DNA from: Mobula hypostoma
Taxonomy: Eukaryota
Direction of reading: 5' to 3'
Length of the DNA: 64,000 nt
Assembly: GCF_963921235.1 (NCBI RefSeq)
Contig: NC_086108.1
Span: forward strand, 21,018,001 to 21,082,000
The notes beneath the pieces were generated by a model. It saw only the letters and a program-made list of their open reading frames with translations, ran no database searches and had not been told where the DNA came from. The position numbers and the translations under genes were made by a program. Positions 26,011 through 39,696 of this stretch are shown here, piece after piece; the first letter of the stretch is position 1; each line of letters begins with the position of its first letter.

Positions 26011-26310
26011 GTGCCGTATTGTATGACGTAGGCCATGATTGTTCTTAGTAAATTTTTCTACAGAAGTGGCTTGCCATTGCCTTCTTCTGGGCAGTGTCAT
26101 TATCAATACTCTTCAGAGATTGTGCGCCTGGCATTGGCAGTTGCATTACCAGGACATGATATGCACCAGTTGCACATACAACCATCCATCACCTGTTCCA
26201 ATGGCTTTATGTGACCCTAATTGGGGCACCAAGCAGGTGCTACACCTTGCTCAAGGGTGATCTTCAGACTAGCAAAAAGGAAGGAGTGCCTTACACCTCC
26301 TTTGCCACCC
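26010..26310 (-). mobile_element. Degraded SINE or RTE-related fragment
   Basis: Minus strand contains GAAGAAGGCAATGGCAAGCCACTTCTG, resembling a motif of RTE-clade LINEs and their SINEs. Confidence 0.45.
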
Positions 26311-29300
26311 TGACAGAAAATTACTTGTCTATAATGAAATAACTTGAAAGATTTCAGCTCATCAAACTAAGCATTTTAAAGGATCAGGCACGAGTGACTA
26401 GATGAATTTAAAGAAATTACTCAAATAGTTGACAAAGAAAATGCCTATTTACCTAGATTTCAGAAGGCATTTGACAATGCCCCACATAGCAGCTACATTT
26501 GAAACTCCTAATCTACAGGAATATTATTGACCTGGTTGGAATAGGCTTGCAGGAAAATGTGGTTGATGTTGCAAATATTCACTTTATTAATTACCAACAT
26601 ATATGAACTGGAAATCCACAAAATTCAAATTAGATAATGACTGAAAAAAAGGGACATTTTAGGTTGGATAGATTGAAGGGTTAAATTACAACATAGTAAA
26701 AGGTTAGGTAAAAGGTTAAAAGATTGGTAGAACAATTTAAGTGCTGGTACATGCAAGAATTTAAAATAATAACTAACATATCAAGCGGCAAATGGAGAAA
26801 GTAGAAAAGTCAATGACATTGTGTCAAGACTGGAATATTTTGCCTGAAGAAACACATTTAAACAATGGAAAGATGGAAGCAGGTGTAGAGGGTATCCCAT
26901 AAATATGGACTCTTAAATTAGACAAACTTATATAAAAAAAAGAAATACTAACCTTTACACCAGAAGGATTCAAATAGAAGAGGATTAATGTTATATGCAA
27001 CTATGTTTACAGCACTGGTGCTATTCTGGGCACAGCATCTTAGGAAGGTATGTTAGCCTAGGAGAAGGTGCAAAATGATATTTGGGTTCTCAAAATATAC
27101 AATGAGTAATAAATTTATCCTACACGAAGACAAGAGGTGATTTGATCAAAACTTTCAGAATATTAATATGTGGAAGTACTTCCAGAAAATTAAGTTCAGC
27201 ATATTGAAATTAAAACTTGGACTCTCAATAATTCTATTAGGAAACTTTTTTTAAAAAGTGATACACAAAAGGACGGTAGCTATTTCAACATTTTCCCCAC
27301 CGACTTCAACTGGCCTCAAATGAATTGTTAATTTTAAACTGATGATTGGTTTATTAGTGTCACATGTACCAAGATATAGTGAAAAGCTTTTCTTTGCATG
27401 CTATCCACACAGATAATCCTATACACAAGATTAAGGTTGTACAAAAGGAAAACACCAGAATGCAGAAAATAATGTTATAGTTAATGGATAAGATATAGAA
27501 TAGGTAGACAAATAATATGCAAAGATCATGACTGAGAGATCAAGGGTCTATCTTTGTCATATTAGAAAGTCCATTCACAGGTCTTAAAAGTAGGTTAGAA
27601 GGTGGCCAACTTCTACCTTATGGGAAGGGGGAGGAGTGAATGATCAAGGTCAATGGAGTCATTGATTACGACTGAAACAGAAAATGTAGACAGAGCCAAT
27701 TGTGGGTTGTGGTACCAATTTCCAAAATAGATTTGGGCTGCATTCACAACTCCATGCAATTTCTAGTGGTCTTTTGCAGAACAGTGGCATCCAACCTGTG
27801 ATGCATTTGATAGAATACTTTATATGGTCAACTGTAAACACTGGTGGGGATCATCAGGAACATGCAAATTTTCTTAGTCTTCTGAAGAAGTAGAGTTGCC
27901 GGTATGCTTGTTTACTTTCTTGGCTTTGCACCCACATAGCTGGACCAGAACACCATATGGAACTAATAGATTTTTTTTAAGTAAACTAAATTAAGAGATG
28001 TGAAGATGAAAGAGTGCTCATGGAATTTGATCAACCGTCGGCCAGCTCTGAATAACAGCTTGAGAGGTTCATTTGTTCTGATCTTTCTAGTAAACATAGA
28101 TAGGGGGGAAAGGGAGGAAAGAAAATTAAGGTCCATAATAAGGCAGAAGTCACAGGAATTAAATGACTGAAGATTATGATGCAGGATAAATGTGGATGGT
28201 TATATAATGTGCCCAGAATTGCTCTGACTTCTTGAAGTGTGTTTGAACCAGGACTTTATTATAATATTCACATGCTTTCTTCCAGTGAATACTTCCAAAG
28301 GCCAGTGTTCTAATAATCATATATTTTCCGGTGTCCATAATATTTGATGACATGTACATGGAACTCATGCTTCAACCATGGAATCAGATTTGATCAACCC
28401 ACTGTTACTCCAGGAAAGACTGCCCTCAATCCAGTGTAATCATCACAAGAATCAATATTCTCAGCTGATGTGCAATAACATTTGAAGCAGCTAATTATGA
28501 AATAAAATTACTCAACTCAATGGTAAACTCAGAAATCAGGAAATACAGTTTCTGTTAAACTAAAATGTTTTTTTTTGCCCTCCACAGATGCTTCAGAGGC
28601 TAAACATATCCACCATTATCAGTTTCTATTTCTTTTGCAAATTACATGTTCTCAGCAGTCTCTTAACATGAAGTCTGTTACACATTTCTGTAAAGTTATG
28701 CATGTGAATTGCAAGAAGTTCAAACAAATCATTTAGTTTATTAAGAGTGCTCACAGAACATCTCTGAAGTTTTCTATAAATACTCCTTTCACTGACAGCC
28801 TTAACAATTATTGTTTACAACCACCAGTGTGGTTGTATACTACATTGAACTACATTGTGGTTGTACACTACATTCCCCTTCCCACTTCCACCACATACAA
28901 AACTAAACTCATAGCCAAATTTTATAAATTTATCAAAGATATAGGCACTTTTTAATATATTTACAGTGGTCCTCATACTGCCTTGATGAAACTTGAATAC
29001 AATATTCCAAGTGCGGTCTAGCCAGTGTTTTACAGAGCTGTAATTTTATCTTGGAGCTCTTGAACTCATTTCCCAGACTAAGGAAAACCAATACACTGTA
29101 CACCTTATAACAATCCTATCAATTTACGTGGTAACTTTGAGGGATCTATGGACATGGACTCCAAGATCCCTCTGTTCCTCTGAACAGCTAAGAACCCTGC
29201 CATTAACTCCATATTCCACATTCAAATTCCAGCTTCCAAATTAAAACACTTTACACTTTTCTGGGTTTTACTCTATCTGCCACTTCTCAGCCCAGTACTG

Positions 29301-31499
29301 CATCTTGTCAATATATCAATGCAACCCTTGCTAACCCTCCATCTATCCACAACCCCACAAACCATCATGTCATCTACAAACCTATTAACCCTCCCTTACA
29401 CTTCCTTAGCCAAATCAGTTATAAAAATTACAAAGACCAGGTTTCCTAGAACAGATCCATGTGGAACACCACTAGTCACCAACCCCCAGGCAGAATATGC
29501 TCCAGCTACAACCACTCTCTGACTTCTCTGGGTAAACCAATTCTGTATCCACACAGCCAGGTTTCCCTGAGCCCCATGCTTCTCGACTTTCTGAATGAGC
29601 CTACCATGGGGAAGCTTACCAAATGTCTTACTAAAATTTAGATACACCATTCCTCCACCTTCAACAATGTGCTTTGTCACATTCTCAGAGAATTCAATCA
29701 GACTCATGGTGCAAGACCTGCCCCTCAAAGGCATTCTAACTACACCTGCCAACGTCCAATCATCTGATACTACCCCTGTGACTAGTGAAGACACAAAAAT
29801 CATCGTTAAAGATGCCGCAATCTCTTCCCTTGCTTCCCTAGTAACCAGGGGTATACCCATCTGGCCCTGGGCATTTATCTATCTCAATGTTTTTCAGAAG
29901 TTCCAGCACATCCTCTTTCTTAACTTTAACATGCTTGAGCAAATCAGACTGTGTTATGCTATCCTCACAAATGTCAAGGTCCCTCTCACGGATGAATATT
30001 GAAGCAAAGTATTTATTAAGGACCTCCCCTACCTCCGCCAATTCCAGGCATATGTTTCCTCTATCTCTGATCAGTCCTACCCTTTCTCTAACCATCTTCC
30101 TTCTCTTCACATAAATGTAGAATGCCTTAGAGTTTTTCTTAATCCTACTCGCCAAGGCCTTCTCATGTCCCCTTCCAGCTCCAAGTCCATTCTTCAGCTT
30201 CTTCCTGGCTCTTATAACTCTCTAGAGCCTCTTCTGATTCTTACTTCCTAAACCTTACGTAGGCTTCTTTCTTCCTCTTAACTAGATATTCCAAATCTCA
30301 TCAACTAAGGTTCCTTCACCCTACCATCTTTTCCCTGCCTCAATGAAACAAACCTATCTGGAATCTTATGTAAGTGCTTCCTAAGCAAACTCCACATTTC
30401 TGCTGTGCATTCCCCGAGTACATTTGTGCCCAAGTTCCTGCCTAATAGCATCATAATCCCCCATTCCCCTAACTAAATATTCCCCATACCATCTGATCCT
30501 ATCCCTCTGCAAGTCCATAGTAAAGGTCAGGGAGTTGTGGTCATTGTCTTCAAAATGCTCACCCACCAACAGAATGTCACACCTAACCTGGTTCAATGTC
30601 TAGCACCAGATCCAGTATGGCCTCTCCTCTAGTCAGCCATTCTACAGAGTGTGTCAGGAATCTTTCCAAGACACGCCTAACAAATTCTGTCCCATCTAAA
30701 CCTTTTTGCACTAATGAGACGTCAACCAATATTAGGGAAGTTGAAGTCCCCCACGACAACAACCCTGTTATTTTTGCACCTTTCCAAAATCTACCTCCTG
30801 ATCTGTTCCTCAATGTCTCTGTTGCTATTAAGGGGTTTATAGAATACTCCCAATAGTGATTGTTCCCTTCCTGTTCCTGACTTCCACCAACACTAACTCA
30901 GTTAAGTCCCTCCATGACATCATCCCTTTCTGCAGCTGCCACTCTTGATCAGCAATGCCACTCCCTCACCTATTTTGCCTCCTTCTCTTCTGAAGCATCT
31001 AAAGAACATCCAACAGCCATTCTTGCCTTTGTAACAACCAAGTCTCTGCAATGGCCACAAAATCATAGTTCCATGTATTGACCAATGCTCTACAATGATC
31101 ACCCTTGTTCCTGATACTTACTGCATTAAAGTATGCACACCTCAACCCATCCCACTGACTGCAATTTTGCCTATCCTTCCTCATAGTCACTCCACATGCC
31201 GCACCTACCTCTACACCAACTGCCCCATAATCCGACCTATCATTCTGCTTCCCATTCCCCTGCCAAACTAGTTTAAGCCCTCCCTAACATATCTACCAAA
31301 CTGGCCCACAAGACTATTAGTCCCCCTTAAGTTCAGGTGTAATATCTCCTATTTGCACAATTCATACCTTCCCTGGAAGAAATCCCAATGATCCACAAAT
31401 CTGAAACTCTGCCTCTCAGCCACATGTTCATCTGCCAAATCATCCTATTCTTACCCTCACTGGCACATGACATAAGCAGTAATCCAGCCATTACTAAAA

Positions 31500-32405
31500 A
31501 AAGTTCAAGTTCAAAGTACATTTATTATCAAAGTACACAACCTTTGAGATTCGTCTTCCTGCAGGCAGCCACAAAACAAAGAAACTCAAAAGAACCCATT
31601 TAAATAGAAACCCCACACAAGACCATCAAACACCCAATGTGTGAAAAAAGGACAAACCGTGCAAGCTATAAAAGTAAACAAATAATATTAACTGCAGAGT
31701 CCCCAGAAGTGAGTCTAAAGCCACAGAGCAGCTGAAGCAAGTGAAGCCAGTCCTGGGACCCGATGTCTACAGACCACAGCTACACAGACAGTTCAGCGCT
31801 GAAGTGCCTTGATCAAATCGCACAAATAGTTAAAAAAACAAAAACACAAGGAACATGAACTGCAGATTCCCCTAAAGTGAGTCCACAGCTGCAAAGAGCA
31901 TTCAACACCAAGGCAAATAAAGCGCATCCAATAGCCCAATGACTGCAGGGCATCAGCTGCTCCCGAACCTGGAGGCGTGGAACCCAAGACTCCTGCACCT
32001 TCCATCCGCCAGCAGCAGCAAGAGGAGAACAGTAAAATGCAGGTAGATGGTGCTGAACACCCTTTTATTTTCCACTCTCATTCTTGATGATTTTAATCTT
32101 GTTCAACATTTTAATCAATGCAGAGTAATGGAGCCAATCACAGGTTTGTGTTCTGCCATTAGGGATCAACATAGCGTAAACTACCAGCGATGGCCATAGC
32201 CGCACTCTCTGCTCTCATCCACACCAAATTCCCCAGGAGATCACAGAAGCACCAGGGTGTTTAGTCAGCTCAAAAATACATTGTTAAAAGGGAAATTACA
32301 GGTTGCAATCAATCGCAGTTCTGAAGCATATTTAGAAGGTTATCTAGTAGCTTTGTGAGCTGTCTACAGGATGTCACCAATGGTCGCTGGTGCCATTTTA
32401 CTAGA
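31500..32405 (-). mobile_element. Non-coding non-autonomous retroelement with (TTGAAC)n tail
   Basis: Starts near AAAATGGCACCAGCG and ends AATAAATGTACTTTGAACTTGAACTT. No credible ORF; same end motifs as 38716-39533. Confidence 0.55.
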
Positions 32406-32927
32406 AGTCCTTAAGGTCCAGCTTTTCAGCTTCTTACCTAACTCCCTATATTCTCTCTTTTCTTTATCTATGTTGTTGATACCAATTTGTACCATGACTT
32501 CCGTCTGCTTGCTGTTATGCTGTGGACCTGATCTGAAGTGCCCCTGACACTGGGATCTGGGAGGCATCATACCATCCAGTTTCACATCTACAGAATTATC
32601 TGTCTGCTCCTCTATTAAGTCCCCTATCATCATTGCATTCCTCCTCTCCTCTCTTCCCTCTCTGCCACAGAGCCACACTCAGTGCCAGAGACCTGGTCGC
32701 TCCAGCTTTCTCCTGGTAGGTCACCCTTATCTCTCCCCACCCCACCCCCATAACAGTATCCAAAATAGTAAACTTGTTATTAAGGGGGATAACACAAGGG
32801 TACTCTGCACTCTCTGTCTTTTCCCTTTCCAACGTTCTAAGTAAAGTGTATTAATAAGAGTACATACATGTCACCACATACAACCCTGAGATTCTTTTTC
32901 CTGCTGACATACTCAGCAAATATATAG

Positions 32928-33763
32928 TGTGACAAAAGACCAAGTTATCAGAAGATTGATGCCGATAAGAGAGACAATGGGGAAACATCCAAAATGCTAA
33001 TATGAGAGACAAGAGAGATTAACAAAAAGAGACACAGTACTGAGTATTGTCAGACCGGTTGCTTTGAAGCTGAACTGTTTGAAGTTTGATGGACAGGCGA
33101 TACCCCAGCAAGGGGATAAAAGGAACAGGTTCGCTAAGGCAAGCGACACACCACGACACCACGAGATAACGAGACCCTGGAAGTGCGGTGTGCCCCCCCA
33201 CAAGTTGGTGGGAGTCTTGGAGGTCTGGACACAGGACCGACCATAGACGCACAGGGTGAAAAGGTACGATCGGCGGGAACCTGGTGTGTGTGTCCACCCT
33301 TGCCTGGGTGCCGGGTTCACCGCAGAAGAACGATCGTATCCGGAACGGAGGGGTCACAGTCGGTGACCTCAGAAGACATTACAAAGGGCTCGCCCGAAAG
33401 CTAACTGCGAGGAATATCAAAGGTCTGTTTGAATCCGATTTGAATATCATCATTCGCTCTCTCTCTCTCTCCCCAACAGCACAACAGCAATTACTGCGAA
33501 CTGAACTAAACTGAACTGAACTCTGCGTCACTTGAGACTGATCATTTTACCTCTAGACTGCGATAGAGCATGATTGATCCTATTATCCTAGTTCTGTGTA
33601 CATGTGTGTTTTATCATTGCTAACCTGTTGCATTTATATCCTTACTATTAGAGTACCGTGTTACTTATTTCTTTAATAAAACTTTCTTAATTCCAGTAAT
33701 CCAGACTCCAACTAAGTGGTCCATTTCTGCTGGTTTAGCAACCCAGTTACGGGGTACGTAACA
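32928..33763 (+). mobile_element. Solo LTR (probably Ty3/gypsy type)
   Basis: TGTGAC...GTAACA inverted termini, 4-bp flanks ATAG/ACAG (one mismatch) and AATAAA about 90 bp from the 3' end. Inserted in a Rex1-like 3' fragment (about 32835-34095). Confidence 0.8.
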
Positions 33764-34459
33764 ACAGAAATGTAATTGTAAACAGGATCAAAGAAAAAGA
33801 GCATAGAAGACAATAAACTATTGAAATGCAACTATAAATAAATAGCAATAAATAACAAGAGCATGAAATAACAAGATTAAAGAGACCTTAAAGTGTGATC
33901 GTTAGTTGTGGGAACATCTCAATGAGTGTATTTATCCTCCTTTGTTCATGAGCCTGATGGTTGAGTGGTAGCAACTGTTCTGGAACCTGGTGGTGTGAGT
34001 CCTGAGGCACTTGTAACTTCTGCCTATTGGCAGCAGTAAGAAAAGAGCATGGCCTGGGTGGTGAGAATCTTTGATGACAGATGCTGCTCACCTCCTCATT
34101 CTCTCAAATGAGCTGTAGGCCATCCAGCTGCAACTCCAGTTCCTTAACATGGTCTGTAAGTTATCAGGGAGACTGGAGGTTTCCCAAAACTCTCACAACT
34201 AACATGAAGAACACAACACTGGCCCTGGACCTACAGTCACTACATTAACTAGGCACTAATAGAAAAAAAATAAAGAAATTTACCAGAAACTTACCTTAAC
34301 ATCTACCTCTTCTTGACAGAGCCTCAAACCCTCCACTCTAGCGCTGTCCACTCAAACAATGGCCAGTTCATTTAAACCTGGCTCCTTTGTATAGGCCTTT
34401 GCAAACTGCCTAATAAATCACGATACTGCAAGCCTACGGATAAGTTCTTAAAGGCCCCG

Positions 34460-36790
34460 CTCACTTTCTAAAGTCTGTGCTCAGTCTTCCAAACACTTCA
34501 ACTCATACTAAATCCCATGACAAATATTGTGCTTGTTCGTCCTGAACAATTGCGGCACTTACTTTGGGAATGTCTTTGATCTGTTCTTTGCTACCATAGC
34601 ATTGTATGCTTGGAACCAGGATTCTCCATGGACCTTTCAGAAAATCTCATTGATCTTCACAAGATGATTCCTGGAAAGTTACATTTCAATTGTTTCCCCA
34701 ACTCTCCAAATCTCATTTCTGACATCCTGGGAACTTGCTGTATAGAAATTCTATCATATAACCTTCCTTCTACAGTTTATGTCATGACTCAATGTGTTTG
34801 AGATGCCTTTTTTTTGTTTAATGTTCCAAATTGGACTGAGTGAAATACGCTTCCAAATCTCTTGTGCAATTATATGTCAATTTCTGCATGCTATAATTCA
34901 AGTTATCCGTGTTTTGGTACTACAATTTATAGGGTCTACTAAAAGTTCTGCTCACTTCTTTCAGACCAACGTTTTCTGGAAGTTGTGTTCAGCCATACAG
35001 TTCACTTACTGGCCAGATCTTTATTATTTCCATCTGTGCCAGGCCAGTAAGTCAACATGGCCTTCATTTTTACCATTCAAAAGCAAGCAAGAATGTAGTT
35101 CTTCCATAACCTTGTCTTTTTTAATTTCTTTGGTATGACCATTGTGTCCATATCTTATGCAATCCTGCTTCGTTGACAATTTATTGTATCTGTACTGAAA
35201 ACACTTCACATCTACATTCATGTTCATGCCTCAATTCCTAAAAGACTCAAAAATTAGGTTTTCCCATTGCCATAACAGGAAAACTGATCAGTTTGAACAT
35301 TCTCTATGTTTAAAGTGACTTCTTAAGGTAACTTGACAAGACAACTGCTGTAACATTTCTTTTCCTGGATACCCGATATGTCTCTGTATCCTTGATACCT
35401 TGTTTATAGGGACACCAGATATGTTTCTGAATAGTCCATTCATGTGGTCAATAATTACTGTGAATAGTCTTTCCAGCAAAAATTGATAAAACCATGCAAC
35501 TCTAAATGCCAATGCCTCTATTTCATGCCCACTCCCATCTCTGCAAGAATTCTTTCCAGTTATGGTTAAGAAGCAAAGGCTCCTCATATACATTCACTAT
35601 GATGTAGCAATTCACTTACCCAAACACATAGTTAAGAGAATCAAAAGTTTTTGTACACTATCATGTAGAACTGCATCATATAGGTAAGATACGCTGCTGA
35701 GGCTTTTCTTGCATCAGTTGTACATGTTTAACTGTTCTTTCCTCCAGTGCCATGGTTCACTTTTCTCTTTGAAAGAAGTGGCATCAACACCAAAGCAATG
35801 ATTGGTAGAAATATAACACAATGTTCAATGCATTTGTTAATCACCAGAACTCAGTAGACTTTTTGCATGTATAGCTCAAATTTCTCTTTAATCACAGCTA
35901 ATTTTCATCCACTTGCAGCTAAGTAAATTGCTTCCATCAACACTAAGGCATATTTTCTTTCTTTCAGCCTGATAGTATACTGAAGTTGTATGAATACTTT
36001 AACAAGTATGAGAACATTTTCTACCTCAGCAGCAGATGCAATTAGGGCAGCAAGTTTTTTTAAAATTACAAAATCAGCCATTAAAATCAGTTGACTTCCT
36101 ATTGCTTATTATAATGTACTTCAAGTTTTGATTTTCCTGATGTTCTCAGGGTATTTCCATATTATGTTCAACTTGGTACTTCCTAATTACTATACTATAA
36201 TACATTTGAGGTAATGAACATTCTTTCCTACAATGAGCAGTCAGTGGCTGTGTCAATAGTCATTTGATAACTTAATTCTTCTATAATATTTACATTTTTG
36301 TTTTTCTCTTTACCCATCACCACTTGCAGTATATATGCTGTGTAGAAATGTACTCATTACTTATCAACCTCAAATCTGTCTGAAGTTTTTATCTTGAAAT
36401 TGTTTGCTTTCCAGATGGGGCACTGGTTGCCATTACTTTAACTTAATTTATCCTGTTCGACCCTATATTCTAAGGCTATATGCTCTCCCTACAACATTTT
36501 GGTGCTCTGAATTGGCAAATCTGTGTTGAATGAATCCCAATGCAATAATAACAGAAGTTCCTAAAGCACCCCTTTTCCCAACATTCAGATGATACAAACT
36601 AATTATCAAAGGTCCTGCAAAAATATCATAGTTACAGAAATTCTGTTCTTTCACATTTTAAAAAAGATTGTTTCCACAGATCTTACTTTCCTGTCTAATA
36701 TTAGATATGGCATATTTAGCAACTTCCATTGGATATGCACCCCAGTAATACAACTAAACCTGTTGAAATATACACAAAATCCAGGCGTCC
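34460..36790 (-). pseudogene. Highly decayed Ty3/gypsy pol relic (PR-RT-RH-IN)
   Basis: Collinear remnants on the minus strand: RT C-terminus (IRLKERKY..EAIYL, about 35930-36020), RNase H (EPWHW..EQ; EIEALA..FYQFLLERLFTVIIDH..GVP..RIQR, 35380-35770) and the integrase N-terminal region (LS..DCI..VMEELH, KMKAM..YWPG, 35030-35190). Confidence 0.65.
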
Positions 36791-36809
36791 AGACTTTCTT
36801 AAGTTAAGG

Positions 36810-37340
36810 AAGTTTGGACCGTTGAAAGTACCTTATCTGGTTGCATCATGGTTTAGTACAGCAATCTGAAAGCACAGAAATCTAAGGAGCTGCAGAGGGA
36901 TTGACTCTGGCCAATACATACGTCTCTCCCCACCCTGGTAATACCTAAAGGAGGCACTGCCTCACAGAGGTAAATTTGATCAAAGATTCCCCACTAGCCA
37001 GGCCTTGCCACCTTCTTGCAGCTACCATCAGGCCGGAGGTACAGAGGCCTAAAGTCCCACACCACAAGTTCAAGAACAGTTATTTCAACCATTCTGTTTT
37101 TGAACAAGCCAAACCCTAACTATTTCAGTTTAGCAATACTATGACCATTCTGCACTAAAAATGACTTTGATTTTTGTTTTAATTATGTTCTTTCTTGTAA
37201 AAATTGTGTACAATTTATGTTTGTGTTTTAGTGAATACTGCTTAAATGATGCCAAATGCACGTAATACCGCTGCAAGGAGGTTTATCACTGCACCATTGA
37301 ATACATGTATTTGTGCATATGACAATAAACTGCTTTGATT
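36810..37340 (+). mobile_element. Rex1-like LINE 3' fragment
   Basis: Translation remnants LPSGRRYRGLKSHTT and FKNSYF, followed by GACAATAAA. Confidence 0.65.
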
Positions 37341-38715
37341 TTCAGGCAGAAAGCTACAACATTCTGATTAACAGAGAACAATGCAGGCAACACAACTCAA
37401 ATGGCAATTTAAAAAAGAGAAACAAAAAAGTTAATATGGATTAAAATTGCAAAGGGAAATATTTCAAAATCTTTATGTGGTGCTCCATTCTTTTAAAAAA
37501 AATCACTTCGTATACAGTCAGGAGGAGCAGTAATAGGACATTTGGTGAAATATGATCATTGGTCAGGTTGCCTTACTCAGAAGGCGAATGATGGATGGCT
37601 TCTGCCACATTAAGAGATTGAAAGTTGATCACAGCCAACAATTTCCTGCAAGATTCATTAAACCTTATGGACTCACATTTAAAAGGTAAACCTAAACCCT
37701 TAATAGCTCCAAACAGTAACTAATAATAAATACCAAAGCTGTCTTTGCACAAAGTGGTGAGAAAATTATATAGAGAAGTAGAGTCTGTGACAAGAGATTT
37801 TCAAAACATTCTAAGCTTGTAATTTTCTTCTCAAATGATGGTACAAGATGTCATTAAAATAAATAGTGCACAACTCAAAGTGATTTAAACTGGTAAACAT
37901 TTTTACCATCCGAATGTCCTCTGATAAAACATGTTTGTAAATTCACTAAATTAAATTCTTGTGCTCCTACATTCAACTGACAATCAACCAACAAATAAAA
38001 GAACTTGGCTATTTTCCTTGAATTGCTAAGAAGATATTAAAACTACTGGTACATTTATGACAGCAATTTAATTCCTACTATTTAAGTTCTGTATTATATT
38101 TCATAAAACACAGTAAGACTTGCAAACTCAATTGATGCAACTTTACAGATATACATTTCTTCCAAATACTCAGGTAGCTAGAACAGGTTTGCAGAAAACA
38201 AGTTCAGGAGAATTTTCCCCATTGTTTCCGAGTGCATTTATATACCTAGAACAGGAGTTCCCAACCTTTTTTATGCCACAGCAACATACAGCCATAGAAA
38301 AGTACAGCACAGAAACAGGACTTTTGGCCCATCTATTCTGTCCCAAACCATCAAACTGGCTACTCCCATCGACCTGCAGTTGGAGCACAGCCCTCATGAT
38401 CATATCACCCACGTATTTATCCAAACTTCTCAAACTTTGAAATCTAGTGGCAGCTCATTCCACACTCTCACGACCCTCTGAGTGAAGAAGATTCCCCTCA
38501 TGGTTCCCTTAAACTTTTCACCTTTTCAAACGCCAAGACGTATGTATTGGCCAGAGTCAACCAGCCTTTACAGCTTCTTAGATTTCTGTGCTTTCAGATT
38601 GCTGTACCAAACCATGATACAACCAGGCAGGATACCTTCAACAGTGCATCCATAGCCTCTAGCTTAGTCCCACACAACCTAAGAGGAAAAAGACTGCTTG
38701 CATTTAACCCATCAG

Positions 38716-39533
38716 AAGATGATGCCAGCAAACATCATTACCAAGAGGTGACATTTTCAAGATGGGTCACAAAGCAACTCCTTTCACTTCTTTTACATCT
38801 TTTTATTTCATATGTGATTCTGCTACTGTTGGGATCTACATTCTGGCGGTGTGCTTTCGTGTGATCTGGCGCTGTCCTGTCTCCAAGAGGGTTCCACGGG
38901 GCTGCATGCAAGGTGTGCGGCATGGTGGCCAGGAAGTCAGAAGATGGGGTGCGAGCCCATGGTTGACTCCATCTCTCGCTGACTAAAGCACAGAAGAAGA
39001 CTGAAATCGTCAAGGCGGGTGAGGAGGCGAGCAAGTGCTGTCTACCAGCTTCTCACTTGCTGTTGCCGGAGAAAAGTATCTGCATCTGACTGCCTCTCTC
39101 TCCCTTTTGCTGCTCCCAAAGGAGTCTCCTTGCATTCGAATGAGCTCTTTCCCTTGATACTGTCGTAGAATGGCGCCAGAACAAGGTTTGTGCATTGTGG
39201 ACTCTAATACAGATTTATGATGTGTTTCTGGTTTTTCTGGTCATTACTTTCTTGCTAATTTGGCCAATTTTGAATCTGGGTAGCCTGCAGATTACGAACA
39301 CTGAGCTGAATTGAAATATGCCTTTTAATTTTGTATTTTACATACTGTGCTTTTGCTCATACTTTTATTGCCGTTCGAGGTTTTGTTTTAACTTGCGTGT
39401 GCCAGGAAAGGTGGGCTTGATTTTTTTCTTTGAACAGGTTCCACGATTCTTCGTTTCATGGCTATCTGTGGGGAAGACGAATATCACAGTTGTACACTGT
39501 GTACATACTTCGATGATAAGTGTACTTTGACTT
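38716..39533 (+). mobile_element. Non-coding non-autonomous retroelement
   Basis: 5' AAGATGATGCCAGC..GGTGACAT..TCACAAAGCAACT and 3' GATAAGTGTACTTTGACTTTT resemble both ends of 31500-32405. Confidence 0.5.
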
Positions 39534-39696
39534 TTAATTGTACCTCTCATAATTTTGTATATCTCTATCTTTCTTTATAACACAGGTCCTCCAGTCCAGC
39601 CAACATCATTGTAAATTTTCAGCCTTATATATTTTCTGGAAATACTATTACCTTTAAGTGGACTCCAGGTTGGGAAGTTACCTGCATGCCACTAAA

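Larger units (their letters stand above)
25075..26843 (+). repeat. 81-bp dispersed direct repeat (25075-25155 and 26763-26843)
   Basis: The two copies differ at 3 of 81 positions and lie 1688 bp apart. Confidence 0.9.
28985..34450 (-). mobile_element. Old near-full-length CR1 with deletions and nested insertions
   Basis: ORF2 remnants at 29396-31190 and ORF1 esterase remnants at 31333-31490 and 32410-32832 (IPLNNKFTILDTV, MIGD). Interrupted at about 31500-32405 and 32835-34095. Confidence 0.8.
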
